Assembly (NCBI GenBank): GCA_965224025.1
Contig: OZ245033.1
Coordinates: forward strand, 544,001 to 608,000
Direction of reading: 5' to 3'
Length of the DNA stretch: 64,000 bases
DNA from: Candidatus Multivorans sp.
GTDB taxonomy: Bacteria; Acidobacteriota; Thermoanaerobaculia; Multivoradales; Multivoraceae
The notes under the pieces were generated by a model. That model saw only the letters and a list, made by a program, of their open reading frames with translations. It was not told the origin of the DNA and made no database searches. The translations under genes and the position numbers were made by a program. Positions 52,370 through 62,225 of the stretch are shown piece after piece; position 1 is the first letter of the stretch; each line of letters begins with the position of its first letter.

Positions 52370-54244
52370 CTATAGCTTCAGCCGCTCCTCCACCGCGCGC
52401 CAGGCGGCATCGATCGCGCCCTGAACGTAGGCCAGGGCCTCCGCGTCCGAGTTCGCGATGCTGACGCGGCCGAACGGCTTCCGCCCCAGCTCGTGGGGCG
52501 CTTCCCCCGCCGGCCAGGCCGGGTCGTAGAGGTCCATGTAGCCGTAGGCGTAGCCGTGGGGCCAGCGGTTGACGGTGATCGCTTCGACGTCCCGGTCGGC
52601 GTTGAAGCCGAAGTCGCCGAACATCGATGTGAGCTGGCCTTCGACCTGCGTCTCGAACGTCGAGAAGGGCGTATCGAACAGCCTGCGGCGGCCCATGCGA
52701 TAGAGATCCCTCCCGGTCCGGCGCCCATCGTTCTCCGGCGCCGGCGCGTTCCCCAGGAAGACGACGAGCGGCCCGTCGGGATCGTCCGTGGCGCCGTAGT
52801 CACCCAGCGTCACCGGGGGCGCCACCGACACCAGACCGAAGTCGCTGCCGGGACACAGGAACACCGAAGCGCCGGACCCACGCACGGACCGACCGTTGCG
52901 AAGAAGCACGTTCACCCAGGCGAACGGCACCTTCGAGCCGTACTCCAGTTGCTCTCTCTGCGCCTCCGGCAACTCGGGGCAGAGGTGCGGGATCATGCTG
53001 TTGTAGCAGGCGAGGATGCAGTGACGGGAACGCACGCGAAAGGCACGCCCACCAGTCACGTAGGACACCTCGACCGCGTCGCTTCCGGAGTGTTCGACCT
53101 TCACCGCCGTGCTGTTCAGGCGAATCCGAACGGCTGAGTCCTCGCGGTCGAGGGCGGAGTAGTCGAAGCGCGCGGTGACGATGTCCTGCATCGAGCTGCC
53201 AGGTGCTATGGCCGGGACCAGCTTGCGCACGAACAGCCTCGCCACGGACGCGTTGCCATCGGGGAACATGGGGTACCGCGGGGCCGGGTACTGGCTCGGC
53301 TCGTAGGGGCCGGCGGGTTGGCCGGTCAGGGGGTTCGGTCCGGCGACTCCGGTCAGAACCGCCTCCCTCACGGAGACGCTCTCGATGCCAACGCCGAAGA
53401 GCGCCCTGAGCATCGGCGCGAACACCCTTGCCGCGGCCCGCGAGAGGCCGACCCGGTTCGACAGGAAGGTCGCGTAGCTCGTGCTCCGCACGTACTCCAA
53501 CCTCTCCTCGGACGAGAGGCCTTCCAGGAAGTCCCTCTCGCCGCCGGCGAGCTCCCTGAGCTTCCGCGTGTCCCGCTCGGACAGGCCCAGGTCGTCGATG
53601 AGACCCGCCGAGTCTTCCGCGCCGCTCCAGGCCTTGGACCAGTGGCCCACGACGAGCCGACGACGGCCGTACTCCTCCGCGCTGAGGTGGATGCCAGACG
53701 GCGCGCCGGAGTTGGAGAGTAGATAGTCGGGATGCACGGCCTTCTCGAGCTTCTCGAAGTCGACGCCGATCTCTTCGAGCAGTCCATGAGCCCGCGGACT
53801 CATGTAGTCCTGTTCGAGGTTGATGCTTCCACCGAAGCCAAGCAGCATCCGGCCGCCGGCGTGGAACTCGTTGCGCTTGGCGTGCCCGCCGAAGTCGTCG
53901 TGATTGTCGAGAACCAGGATCCTCGCGTCGTCGCCGGCGTGTTTCCGGTAGAGATACGCGGCAGCGAGACCGCTGATTCCTCCGCCCACGACCACGAGGT
54001 CGTACTCCTCGTCCAGGGCGTCGTACCGGTCGGGCCGCTCGCCGCGCCAGGCCAGGGCATGGGCCGCCTCGTAGGAACCCTCGTGACTGCCGCGCATGCC
54101 CGTCAGGGTCGGCGGATAGTAGTCGGGCGCGGCGTCCGAGAGCTGAGCCGCCGCCAGCAGCTCTCGAGGAGAAAGCGTCCCTCCCGCGACGACGGAGAGG
54201 GCGACGCCGTTCAGGAAGTCCCGCCGGGAGATGGTCGGCCGCAT
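52370..54244 (-). CDS. Tat-exported FAD oxidoreductase (spermidine dehydrogenase-like)
   Basis: SRRDFLNG, YYPPTLTGMRGSH, VVGGGISG, DNHDDFGGHAKRNEF, VNRWPHGY. Confidence 0.88.
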   Translation of the reverse strand: MRPTISRRDFLNGVALSVVAGGTLSPRELLAAAQLSDAAPDYYPPTLTGMRGSHEGSYEAAHALAWRGERPDRYDALDEEYDLVVVGGGISGLAAAYLYRKHAGDDARILVLDNHDDFGGHAKRNEFHAGGRMLLGFGGSINLEQDYMSPRAHGLLEEIGVDFEKLEKAVHPDYLLSNSGAPSGIHLSAEEYGRRRLVVGHWSKAWSGAEDSAGLIDDLGLSERDTRKLRELAGGERDFLEGLSSEERLEYVRSTSYATFLSNRVGLSRAAARVFAPMLRALFGVGIESVSVREAVLTGVAGPNPLTGQPAGPYEPSQYPAPRYPMFPDGNASVARLFVRKLVPAIAPGSSMQDIVTARFDYSALDREDSAVRIRLNSTAVKVEHSGSDAVEVSYVTGGRAFRVRSRHCILACYNSMIPHLCPELPEAQREQLEYGSKVPFAWVNVLLRNGRSVRGSGASVFLCPGSDFGLVSVAPPVTLGDYGATDDPDGPLVVFLGNAPAPENDGRRTGRDLYRMGRRRLFDTPFSTFETQVEGQLTSMFGDFGFNADRDVEAITVNRWPHGYAYGYMDLYDPAWPAGEAPHELGRKPFGRVSIANSDAEALAYVQGAIDAAWRAVEERLKL

Positions 54245-54249
54245 GCCGC

Positions 54250-54696
54250 TCAGTTGCCCTCAGACGCAAGCCACGCCTCGGTCTCGACGACGATCAGCTC
54301 GCGATAGTCGCCCCGCATCTCCCAGGTACCCATGAAGCCCTTGGGCACGAGAAAGGTGTCGCCCGCCTTGTAGGTCGCCTTGTCCCCGTCGACGTGAGTC
54401 AGCGTGACTTCCCCGTCCAGCACCAACACGAACTCGTCATACGGGAACGGAAACGGGATATCCAGGAGAGCCGGCGCCGCGGCGTAGATGGCCACGACCA
54501 CTTCCCCTTGATGGAGGATGCTCTGCCAATGCTCGCTCTTGCCCTCCAGGACCAACTCGGCCGGGAACGGCTCCGCGCTCTCGAGCTGGGCCCGAAGCAA
54601 CTTCCCCGCGTCGAGCGGAAGGATCTCGGGAGCGGCAAACGCCTGCGAGGGCGACAGGATGCACAGCAGGACGGCGAATCGACAGAACACCTTCAT
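54250..54696 (-). CDS. Exported cupin-domain protein
   Basis: Signal peptide; PYDEFVLVLDG, AGDTFLVPKGFMGTW. Confidence 0.8.
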   Translation of the reverse strand: MKVFCRFAVLLCILSPSQAFAAPEILPLDAGKLLRAQLESAEPFPAELVLEGKSEHWQSILHQGEVVVAIYAAAPALLDIPFPFPYDEFVLVLDGEVTLTHVDGDKATYKAGDTFLVPKGFMGTWEMRGDYRELIVVETEAWLASEGN

Positions 54697-54780
54697 CAGG
54701 GAGCCTCCAGGTGTGCGCCTGAGCGCAGCGGGAGAATTGTCTGGCGTCAACAAAGGACGACGCACGATATCCAAACCGCG

Positions 54781-54850
54781 GAGCCGGCCTTGCGGCCGGC
54801 GCGTCTACCTGGCCGCCCACGGCGGCAGTCGGCGAGGACGCCGGCGCACC
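54781..54850 (+). repeat. REP-like cluster forming the IS110 target
   Basis: Hairpins GCCGGCC/GGCCGGC and GTCGGCG-AGGA-CGCCGGC followed by GCA-CC; the CAG tail of family R lies on the far side of the IS. Confidence 0.7.
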
Positions 54851-54864
54851 TGTACCTTTCCGGG

Positions 54865-55140
54865 ATGCATTCTGGCGTGTCGTTGAGAGAGGTGGAATGG
54901 ACCAGTAGCCGGACCGGCAGCTTCCGCAGCCGAGACCGCCGGTCGGTTGCGTCTCCGGCCTGCCGGAGTCACTGAAGGAAAGTCGGCAAGCAGCCAGGAG
55001 CGACCACCGGCGTACTGTGCTTCGAGCACCTGGCTGGGACCCGTGCCCTGGCTGCTTTGCCGCGTTGGACGCCCAGTGGAGAGTCAGTGCCTTAGAGCAC
55101 CAGTACAGGTACGGGCAGGCAACGCGGCATGCCGACCAGG
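54865..55140 (+). ncRNA. IS110 bridge RNA (5' hairpin, target-binding loop, donor-binding loop)
   Basis: 10-bp stems AGCAGCCAGG/CCTGGCTGCT and TGCCGCGTTG/CAACGCGGCA enclose guides matching target and donor; 5' and 3' ends approximate. Confidence 0.85.
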
Positions 55141-55171
55141 CAACACTACCGCAAGGGAGAAGGAGGACGAG

Positions 55172-56424
55172 ATGATCAGGACGTGGTTCGCCGGCGTGGA
55201 CTGGGGGTCCGAAACCCACCATGTGTGTTTGCTGGATCGGGACGGCAAGGTGAGGGGGGAGCGGGCGTTCGACCACAGCGGCAAGGGACTTGCCGCCATG
55301 GCCGACTGGCTCCTTGGACATACCCGACCGACGTCTCCGGACGAGATCGGCGTCGCCATCGAGGTGCCGCACGGACCGGTGGTCGAGACTCTCCTGGAGC
55401 GGGGCTTCGCCGTGCATTCGATCAACCCCAAGCAGCTCGACCGCTTCAGGGACCGCTTCTCCGTCGCCGGCGCCAAGGATGACCGCCGCGATGCACGGGC
55501 GCTCGCCGCCGCGCTTCGCACCGACCCCGAGTGCCTGAACCGCGTGCAACCATCCGATGCAGCCATCGTGATGCTGCGCGAGGTGTCCCGCGGCCGCAAG
55601 CAGTTGGTCGGCCAGAAGAACCGCCTGGAGAACCAGGTCCGCGACCAGCTCTGGCGCTACTACCCGCAGTTTCTCGCCGTGGTCAAGAACGAGGTGTCGG
55701 CGCCCTTCGCGCTGGCCTTGTGGCGACTGGCGCCGACCCCCGGCAAGGCTCGACGGCTGCGCGAAGCCACGCTCGCCAAACTGCTCAAGGAACACCGCAT
55801 CCGGCGCCTGACCTCCGCCCAACTGCGCGATCAACTGCGGGCCGAGCCGATCGCCGTTTCCCCGGACACCGTTAAGGCCGCCGTCGAACACATAGGACTC
55901 CTCCGGCCGGTGCTCGACACCGTCTGCCGCCAACTCGCCGACGCCGACAAGCGGCTGGAGCGGATGACCCGCGCACTCGAGGCCCCGGCCCAACGGGAAA
56001 ACGACGACGACTCCCCTAAGCCGAGCGACGCCGCCATCCTCAGGTCGCTGCCCGGACTCGGCAAGGTCGGCCTCGCCACCCTGCTCTCCGAGGCCGATCA
56101 AAGCCTGGGCCGCAGAGACCACGAGGCACTGCGTTGCCTCTGCGGAGTGGCGCCGGTGACCGTCAAGTCCGGCAAGAAGCTCATCGTCATGCGACGACTC
56201 GCCGCCAACGAACACCTCAGCGACGCCGTCTATCACTGGGGACGAGTCGCCATCCAGCATGACCCGATCAGCCGCGCCAAGTACGACGCCATGAAAGCCC
56301 AGGGAAAAACGCACGGACGCGCCATCAGACAACTCGTCGACCGACTCCTCGGCGTCGCCTGCGCCATGCTCCGAGGCCGACTCTCTTCGACCCCAACAAG
56401 CGATGCCATGCCCAGGTCGCATGA
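55172..56424 (+). CDS. IS110 DEDD recombinase (1-nt frameshift near 56380 removes the native stop)
   Basis: FAGVDWG, VAIE, AKDDRRDA, LPGLG, VKSG; alternative frame gives LFDPNKRCHAQVA-TGA(56422); AAGGAGG RBS. Confidence 0.9.
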
Positions 56425-56566
56425 CCTCCCTGACCCGCAGCAGCCTCCCCAAAACACACTTGCTAAAGGGTGGAGAGTCCCAGTACGGCCCGTCGACGTT
56501 TGTCTGACGCACAACAGCCGCTCGATAGAGATAGCCTCGTTCATTCAAAACCGAAGGAGAACTCCC

Positions 56567-57481
56567 ATGAGCCATCGAGTCGTTCGTCTCTCCGGATCCC
56601 TGGGCGCCGAGGTCCACGATCTGCCGCTGGCCGAGGTCGGCCCCGACGAGGCCGCGACGATCCGGGCGTTGCTGCTGGACCACCAGGTCCTGTTCTTTCC
56701 CGACCAGCACCTGACCGTGGAGCAGCACGTGAAGTTCGGGCAGCACTTCGGCGAGCTCGAAGGGCACCCGCACCTGAACAACCCGTTCCTCGACCACCCC
56801 GAGGTGTTCGAGCTGGTGGCGACCCGCGGTGGCGTCGCCGACGAGTGGCACAGCGACATCAGCTTCCAGGAGAGCCCGTCGGTGATGGCGATCCTGAACA
56901 TGGTCAAATGCCCCGAGGTCGGCGGCGACACGATGTGGGCGAACATGTACAAGGCGTACGAGGAGCTGTCGCCGCCACTGCAGGAACTCTGCGAGGGCCT
57001 GACCGCGCTCCACGACGCGACCCCGCACGGCAAGCCGGAGAGGATGACGATCCACCCGGTAGTCCGGGTGCACCCGGAGACCGGCCGCAAGTCGCTGTTC
57101 GTCAACGAGCACTTCACCCGCCGCATCGTCGAGCTCAGCCACGAGGAGAGCGACCACCTGCTCGGCTACCTGACCCGCTGGGCGACGAAGACGCGCTTCA
57201 CCGTCCGCTACCGCTGGCAGCAGGGCACCCTCGCCATGTGGGACAACCGCTGCACCCAACACTTCGTGCTGAACGACTTCGACGAGGAGCGGATCATCCA
57301 GCGGGTCACCGTGATGGGCGACGAGGTCGAGGGAGCGAGCGAGCCCCGCTGGGCGCCCTACGTGCGCGCCCGGCACGCCGGCGCCACCAGCCGCTACGAC
57401 CGGCAGCTCAACAAGTACCTCAAGCGCACCGTCCAGTCGCTTGAGTCGAACGCAAAGAAGGAAGTCGCGCTGGAGATGTAG
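56567..57481 (+). CDS. TauD/TfdA-family alpha-ketoglutarate dioxygenase
   Basis: LGAEV, WHSD, GGDTMWA, HPVVRVHPETGRK, WDNRCTQH; own AAGGAG RBS. Confidence 0.93.
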   Translation: MSHRVVRLSGSLGAEVHDLPLAEVGPDEAATIRALLLDHQVLFFPDQHLTVEQHVKFGQHFGELEGHPHLNNPFLDHPEVFELVATRGGVADEWHSDISFQESPSVMAILNMVKCPEVGGDTMWANMYKAYEELSPPLQELCEGLTALHDATPHGKPERMTIHPVVRVHPETGRKSLFVNEHFTRRIVELSHEESDHLLGYLTRWATKTRFTVRYRWQQGTLAMWDNRCTQHFVLNDFDEERIIQRVTVMGDEVEGASEPRWAPYVRARHAGATSRYDRQLNKYLKRTVQSLESNAKKEVALEM

Positions 57482-57484
57482 GGC

Positions 57485-58546
57485 GTGCGAGCACTCACCG
57501 CCCTGCTTCTCACCGTTGCCTTCGGCCCGGGCCTGGCGCAGGGCCAGCCCGCCGAACAGTGCACCCCCGAAGGCGCAAGCACCCAAATGCCGCGCAGCGC
57601 CAGCGCTTACGCGGCGATGTGCGAGCCCCACCTGGGCGTGGCGCCGACCGTCGACTGCAGCCAGGGCGCGCGCATCCGCATCCGGCAGGATGGCCAGGAA
57701 ATCTTCGAGGACCCGGGGCTCCACGCCTGCGACGACGGCAGCCTCCAGATCGGCGACTGCATGCCGGGCTCGAGCCTTCAGCGCCACGAGGGCAGGAACG
57801 CCGACGGCACCCCGCGTCCCGAGGTCGTCTGGGTGAGCTTCTGCCGCCACGACGGGCGGGACGATGTCTTCAACGTCGACATCGGCGACTCGGTCCAGAT
57901 GATCGGCTACAACGTCGAAACCGGCGCCACCTGCTTCTTCGAGTCAGGCGACAACAGCCCCTGGACCCACATCGGCGAGAACAACCGGCTGCTCGGCGTA
58001 TTGCCGAGTCCCGACGACCCGGAGTTCGACGACGCGTACGTCCCTGCTGGAGCCATCCAGTGCGTCCGCTGCCACCAGGCGGACCCGTTCATCCACAACC
58101 CCTGGATCAAGTCGGCGCGACTTCCCGAGAATCCGCGCCAGCCCGTCGTCCCGGTCCTTCCCGGTCCGAACCCGCCCTACTACGTCGTCGGCGCTCCGAC
58201 CTGGGACATGCGGACGATCCACATCGAGGGCAACGGTTGTCTCGGCTGCCACCGGGCCGGCATGGAGACGCTGGAGGAGTTCACCGGTGACTTCTGGGAC
58301 CCCAACGAGCACATGCCGCCCCACGATCCGGGCTCACTGACCGCGGACCTCGAGGCGCTCCAGCAGTGCTGGACCGACGGCCCGGAGAACACTCCCGGCT
58401 GCGAGTGGGTCGTTCCACCGGCCGGCGAGTGCAGCGGCGGCGGCGTGGGGCCGGACTATCCCCACGCGGCCAAGGGCTTCAATCGCGGTCCCAAGAGTAG
58501 GGGGCACGGCTCGGGCAAGCGCTGGATGAAGCAGGAAGAGAAGTAG
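57485..58546 (+). CDS. Secreted Cys-rich putative di-heme c protein
   Basis: Signal peptide; CVRCH and CLGCH; HMPP near the C-terminus. Confidence 0.7.
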   Translation: MRALTALLLTVAFGPGLAQGQPAEQCTPEGASTQMPRSASAYAAMCEPHLGVAPTVDCSQGARIRIRQDGQEIFEDPGLHACDDGSLQIGDCMPGSSLQRHEGRNADGTPRPEVVWVSFCRHDGRDDVFNVDIGDSVQMIGYNVETGATCFFESGDNSPWTHIGENNRLLGVLPSPDDPEFDDAYVPAGAIQCVRCHQADPFIHNPWIKSARLPENPRQPVVPVLPGPNPPYYVVGAPTWDMRTIHIEGNGCLGCHRAGMETLEEFTGDFWDPNEHMPPHDPGSLTADLEALQQCWTDGPENTPGCEWVVPPAGECSGGGVGPDYPHAAKGFNRGPKSRGHGSGKRWMKQEEK

Positions 58547-58568
58547 CGGCCGGTCTGGCGGGAGCCGG

Positions 58569-59571
58569 TCAGGACGAGGAGCCAGCGAAGTCGCCGACGC
58601 CAGCGCGCAGGCGAGCGCCCGCCCCGGCTGTCCGGGCGCCTCCGCCCACCGGGCCGCGACGTGCCCGTCCGGCCGCACGAGCAGAGCGCCCGACTCGGTG
58701 ACACCCAGCAAGACTCGGATCTGATCCGGGTCCCTGGGGCTGATCGGCGCGTGGGCCAGCAGGGACGATCCGAGTTCGTCGACGTGCGCCCGCCAGGCGC
58801 CCGGGTCGACGGTCACCAGGACGAACCCGGTGCCGACGAGGTCGAGACTGCTGCGTCCGTCGGTCAACCACAGGTGCGGGAAGCGATGGCCCGGCCGGCC
58901 AGTGGGCACGTAGTCGATCACGGGATCGGGCGGCCGCGGCGCTGGCGCGCCGTCGGGGACCATCGCGGGACCGCCGTAGGCGTAGCCGAGTTCAAGGCCG
59001 GCGAAGTTGCCGTAGCGCACCGCGGCGCGCACGGCGTCCGCCGGCGAGAGTCCGCCCGCGTGGTTGCCGGTGGCGGCGGCCGACACGCCGCCCACGAGTC
59101 GCGAGTTGTCGAGCGAGCGAGCGGTGTTCTCGACCGCCACCGGTCGCCGCTCGACCTCGTAGGTGTCGTGAAGCGACGGCGAGGCAACGCCGCGGAGCAC
59201 CAACGCGAGCTTCCAGGCCAGGTTGTCGATGTCCTGCAGCCCGGTGTTCATCCCGAAGCCGCCGGTGGAGGCATCTGATGCGCGGCGTCCCCGGCCAGGA
59301 ACACGCGGCCTCGCCGAAAGTGCTTCGACACGGTGGCGTACATGGTCCAGTAGTTGAACGACAGGATGTCGAGCTCGGGGACGCTGCCGGCCACCGCCTC
59401 GCGGATCCAGTTCGCGCACCACGCCGGGTCGACCTTCGCTCGCTCCCGATCCGTGCCGCCGAAGGGAATCTGGCTGAGCCACCGTCGCCGGCCGTCGGGG
59501 ACAACGGCCGACCTGATCGCTCGGCGCGACCAACTGCTGGGCGCCGGCGCACCCAGTGTGCGTAGATGTCG
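58569..59571 (-). pseudogene. C-terminal half of a FAD-dependent aromatic monooxygenase, frameshifted
   Basis: GRVFLAGDAAH / GGFGMNTGLQDIDNLAWKL, YEVERRPVA, PGHRFPHLWL, LVRPDGHVA; N-terminal GxGxxG domain missing. Confidence 0.8.
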
Positions 59572-59760
59572 TTACTCGTCCTCGCCGTCGTCACCAGGGA
59601 CGTACCAGATCGGCGACGACCACGCCCGCTCCTGGATCGTGGCCGGCAGGCCGGGCTTCGGCGCTACTCCCGCCCGGATCGCGTCCCACGTCGACCAGCG
59701 ACAGGTCGGGTTCCGCAGGACGCGCACGTAGTAGAAGGCGCGCTGGTGATCAGGGTCGGC
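59572..59760 (-). pseudogene. C-terminal remnant of a DUF3604 protein
   Basis: [26 protein letters not shown]...[17 protein letters not shown] at 59572-59574. Confidence 0.75.
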
Positions 59761-60383
59761 ATCAGGACCCCGGCGGTGGCGTGGAGCACGACGGCCCGCT
59801 CGGTGACCACCGCGAGGTAGTCGAGCATGCCGATGCCTGCTTCGGCCAGATCAGCCGAGAACGTCTCGCCGCCGAGACCGCCCTGGACGCCGACCAGCAC
59901 CGGCGTCCCGGCGGCGCCGAAAGTGACGGACGTGGACTGGACCATCATGCCGAGCATCACCGCGGCGGCAGCCGGGAAGCCGAGCGCGACCAGAAACGGC
60001 ACCGTGACCGCCGCCGACGTCCCGAACCCGGCGGCCCCCTCGATGCAGGAGCCGAAGAGCCAGCAGACGATGACCACCTGGACCCGCCGGTCGTCGCTCA
60101 GCCCGTGAAACGAGCGCCTGATCGCGTCGACGCCGCCGGAGCGCTCCAGCGTGTGCAGGAGCAGGATCGCGCCGAAGATGATGAACAGCAGGTCGAAGGT
60201 CAGGAACAGGCCCTGGATCGACGCCCCGGCGATGCGGGCGATCGGCATCTCCCAGATCAGGAGCGCGACCAGAACGGCCGCGGCGTATGCCGCCGGCATG
60301 GCCCGCCGGGCCGGCACCCGGAAGCCGATCAGCAGGATCGCGCCCAGCGCGATCGGGAACAGGGTGAGCAGGGCTGTGGTCAA
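59745..60383 (-). pseudogene. lctP: N-terminal ~210 aa of an L-lactate permease
   Basis: IIFGAILLLHTL.SG, DRRVQVVIVCWLFG..IEGAAGFG, FGAAGTP; abruptly joins the DUF3604 remnant. Confidence 0.8.
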
Positions 60384-60530
60384 AGGCCGAACCTCATCCG
60401 CATCGGCTCTCCTTCTCGAGTTGGGAAGTGTTCATGTTGGCCGCGCACTTGGGAGTGCGGACGTGTTGCCCACATCCGCCCGCAGCGAGGTCTTTTGGAG
60501 GTTGCGTAGAGAGTGGTAGCGACGGCACAC

Positions 60531-60709
60531 CGTATCTCTGGGTGCGCGGACCTTCTGGTCCGCTGCCGCCGAAGGCGGCCAGGAGAACGCGTCGGCCGGA
60601 GGCCGGCTCCACTATGGCGGGAGCGCCCGTTGGCAAGAACAGCTCGTGCGCGCCGCTTCGCGGCAGCGCACTTGATGCGGGCCAGAAGGCCCGCGCACCC
60701 AGAGATACG
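60531..60709. repeat. REPIN-like inverted pair, family R
   Basis: CGTATCTCTGGGTGCGCGGACCTTCTGGTCCGC ... GCGGGCCAGAAGGCCCGCGCACCCAGAGATACG. Confidence 0.82.
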
Positions 60710-60802
60710 GCGTCGGTGCACCGTGTCGCTCTACGCAGTTGCTGGGTAGCGGCGAGCCCAAGGTCGACTCACGTATACCGTCGTCTAGTGTAGAGATCCA
60801 AC

Positions 60803-61813
60803 ATGCGAACGAACGCCCGATTGCTCTGTCGCACCGATGGTCTCGCTTGCTTCCTGACCGCCGCCCTCGCCCTCTCCGCTTCCACCCTCGTCGCCCAACA
60901 CCTCACCTGGCAGGAACTCCCGGACATGCCCGCCGGAAAGTGGGAAGCCGCGACCACCGTGATCGACGGCAAGTTCTACCTGTTCGCCGGCTACGAGGGC
61001 CCGGTCCGGTCGAGCAAGCGCGTCGACGTCTTCGATCCGGCGGACGGTAGCTGGACGCGGATCCAGGACATGCCGAGCGCCGTCACCCACCTGAACGCGG
61101 TCTTGGACGGCCGCACCGTGTGGTTCGCCGGCGGCTTCAAGGACGGCTACAAGGGCCACGCGATCGCAGAGGTCTGGAGCTACGACCTGGACCTGGACCG
61201 CTACGCGGCGGCGCCGTTGCTGCCCGAGCCGCGGGCCGGAGGCGGTCTGGCGCTCGTCGGCCGCAAGCTGCACTACTTCGGCGGTCTGAAGGCGGACCGG
61301 GAAACCGACGCCGGGGACCACTGGGTCCTCGACCTGGACGAGTGGGCTTCAGGCGCGGCGACCTGGCGGAGCGCGGCGCCGATGCCCGACCCGCGCAACC
61401 AGTTCTCGGCCGTCGCCGTCGGCAGCCGCATCTACGCGATCGGCGGCCAGTACAACCACGACAGCCAGCAGCTCGACCAGGCCCGGGTGGACATCTACGA
61501 CGCCGCCGCCGACTCCTGGAGCCGCGGCCCCGATCTGCCCAGGGGCCACTCCCACGGCGAGGCCGGCACCTTCGTCCACGAGGGCCGGATCGTCATGGTG
61601 GGCGGCCACACGACACCCGCCGGCGGCACGAAGTCGATCGACCCGGACATCCTGGTGCTGGAGCCCGGCGGCGACTGGGAACTCCTCGGCAAGCTGCCGA
61701 TGCCGCTGTCGTCTCCCGCAGCCACGATCATCGACGGCCGGCTCTACGCCGCCGGCGGCTCGGCCACGGGCCGCGGCGCGCAGGCAAAAATGTGGGTGGC
61801 TGATCTTCCTTGA
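60803..61813 (+). CDS. Secreted kelch-repeat beta-propeller protein
   Basis: Signal peptide; six repeats of G.xY..GG...YD....W...MP. Confidence 0.9.
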   Translation: MRTNARLLCRTDGLACFLTAALALSASTLVAQHLTWQELPDMPAGKWEAATTVIDGKFYLFAGYEGPVRSSKRVDVFDPADGSWTRIQDMPSAVTHLNAVLDGRTVWFAGGFKDGYKGHAIAEVWSYDLDLDRYAAAPLLPEPRAGGGLALVGRKLHYFGGLKADRETDAGDHWVLDLDEWASGAATWRSAAPMPDPRNQFSAVAVGSRIYAIGGQYNHDSQQLDQARVDIYDAAADSWSRGPDLPRGHSHGEAGTFVHEGRIVMVGGHTTPAGGTKSIDPDILVLEPGGDWELLGKLPMPLSSPAATIIDGRLYAAGGSATGRGAQAKMWVADLP

Positions 61814-61823
61814 AGGGTGGTGC

Positions 61824-62225
61824 TTAGTGTGTTTCGAGCACCATCGACCCAACGCGCCCGATTTCTCGATAGTGGGCGTCGAAGGTCAGCACTGTCGCTC
61901 CGAACCGGACCGCGGTGGCGGCGATCCAGATGTCGTTCGTGGGTAGGGGACGACCCGCCGCTCGCAGTTCCGAGACGATCTCACCGTAGATGCGGGCGAC
62001 TTCCTCGTCGACGGCCAGGACTTGCACGACGGGCTGACGTAGAAACTCGGTGAGATCGCCGAGGTTCTGATCGAACCGGGTTCCGGCGCGAAACCCCGCG
62101 TGCAACTCGCCAACGACGATGCTCGGAACGCCTATCCAGCGCGCCCGGTCGATCTGCTCGATGACCCGCGTTTCGCCGCGGCGGAAGTTGCTGTAGGCCG
62201 AGGTGTCGACACAGAGCCCCGTCAC
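61824..62225 (-). CDS. vapC: VapC PIN toxin
   Basis: VDTSAYS, VVGEL, PLPTNDIWIAATA, TFDAHY. Confidence 0.9.
   Translation of the reverse strand: MTGLCVDTSAYSNFRRGETRVIEQIDRARWIGVPSIVVGELHAGFRAGTRFDQNLGDLTEFLRQPVVQVLAVDEEVARIYGEIVSELRAAGRPLPTNDIWIAATAVRFGATVLTFDAHYREIGRVGSMVLETH

Larger units (their letters stand above)
54851..56480 (+). mobile_element. IS110-family element (no IRs, CC core at both junctions)
   Basis: Junctions GGCGCA-CC-TGTAC (CC 54849-54850) and GAGAGT-CC-CAGTA (CC 56479-56480); circularisation creates TTGCTA-N17-TACCTT. Confidence 0.88.

Noticed and set aside
54947-57481. 844-aa IS110 recombinase-TauD fusion ORF
   Set aside because: A 1-nt loss near 56380 skips the native stop (the alternative frame gives LFDPNK...TGA at 56422), tauD has its own RBS and ATG, and the first 75 codons are the bridge RNA; most likely an indel rather than a functional fusion
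60426-60509. Possible diverged half copy of repeat family L
   Set aside because: Only the tail (GCGAGG.CTTTTGGAGG) matches copy B; the first hairpin is absent
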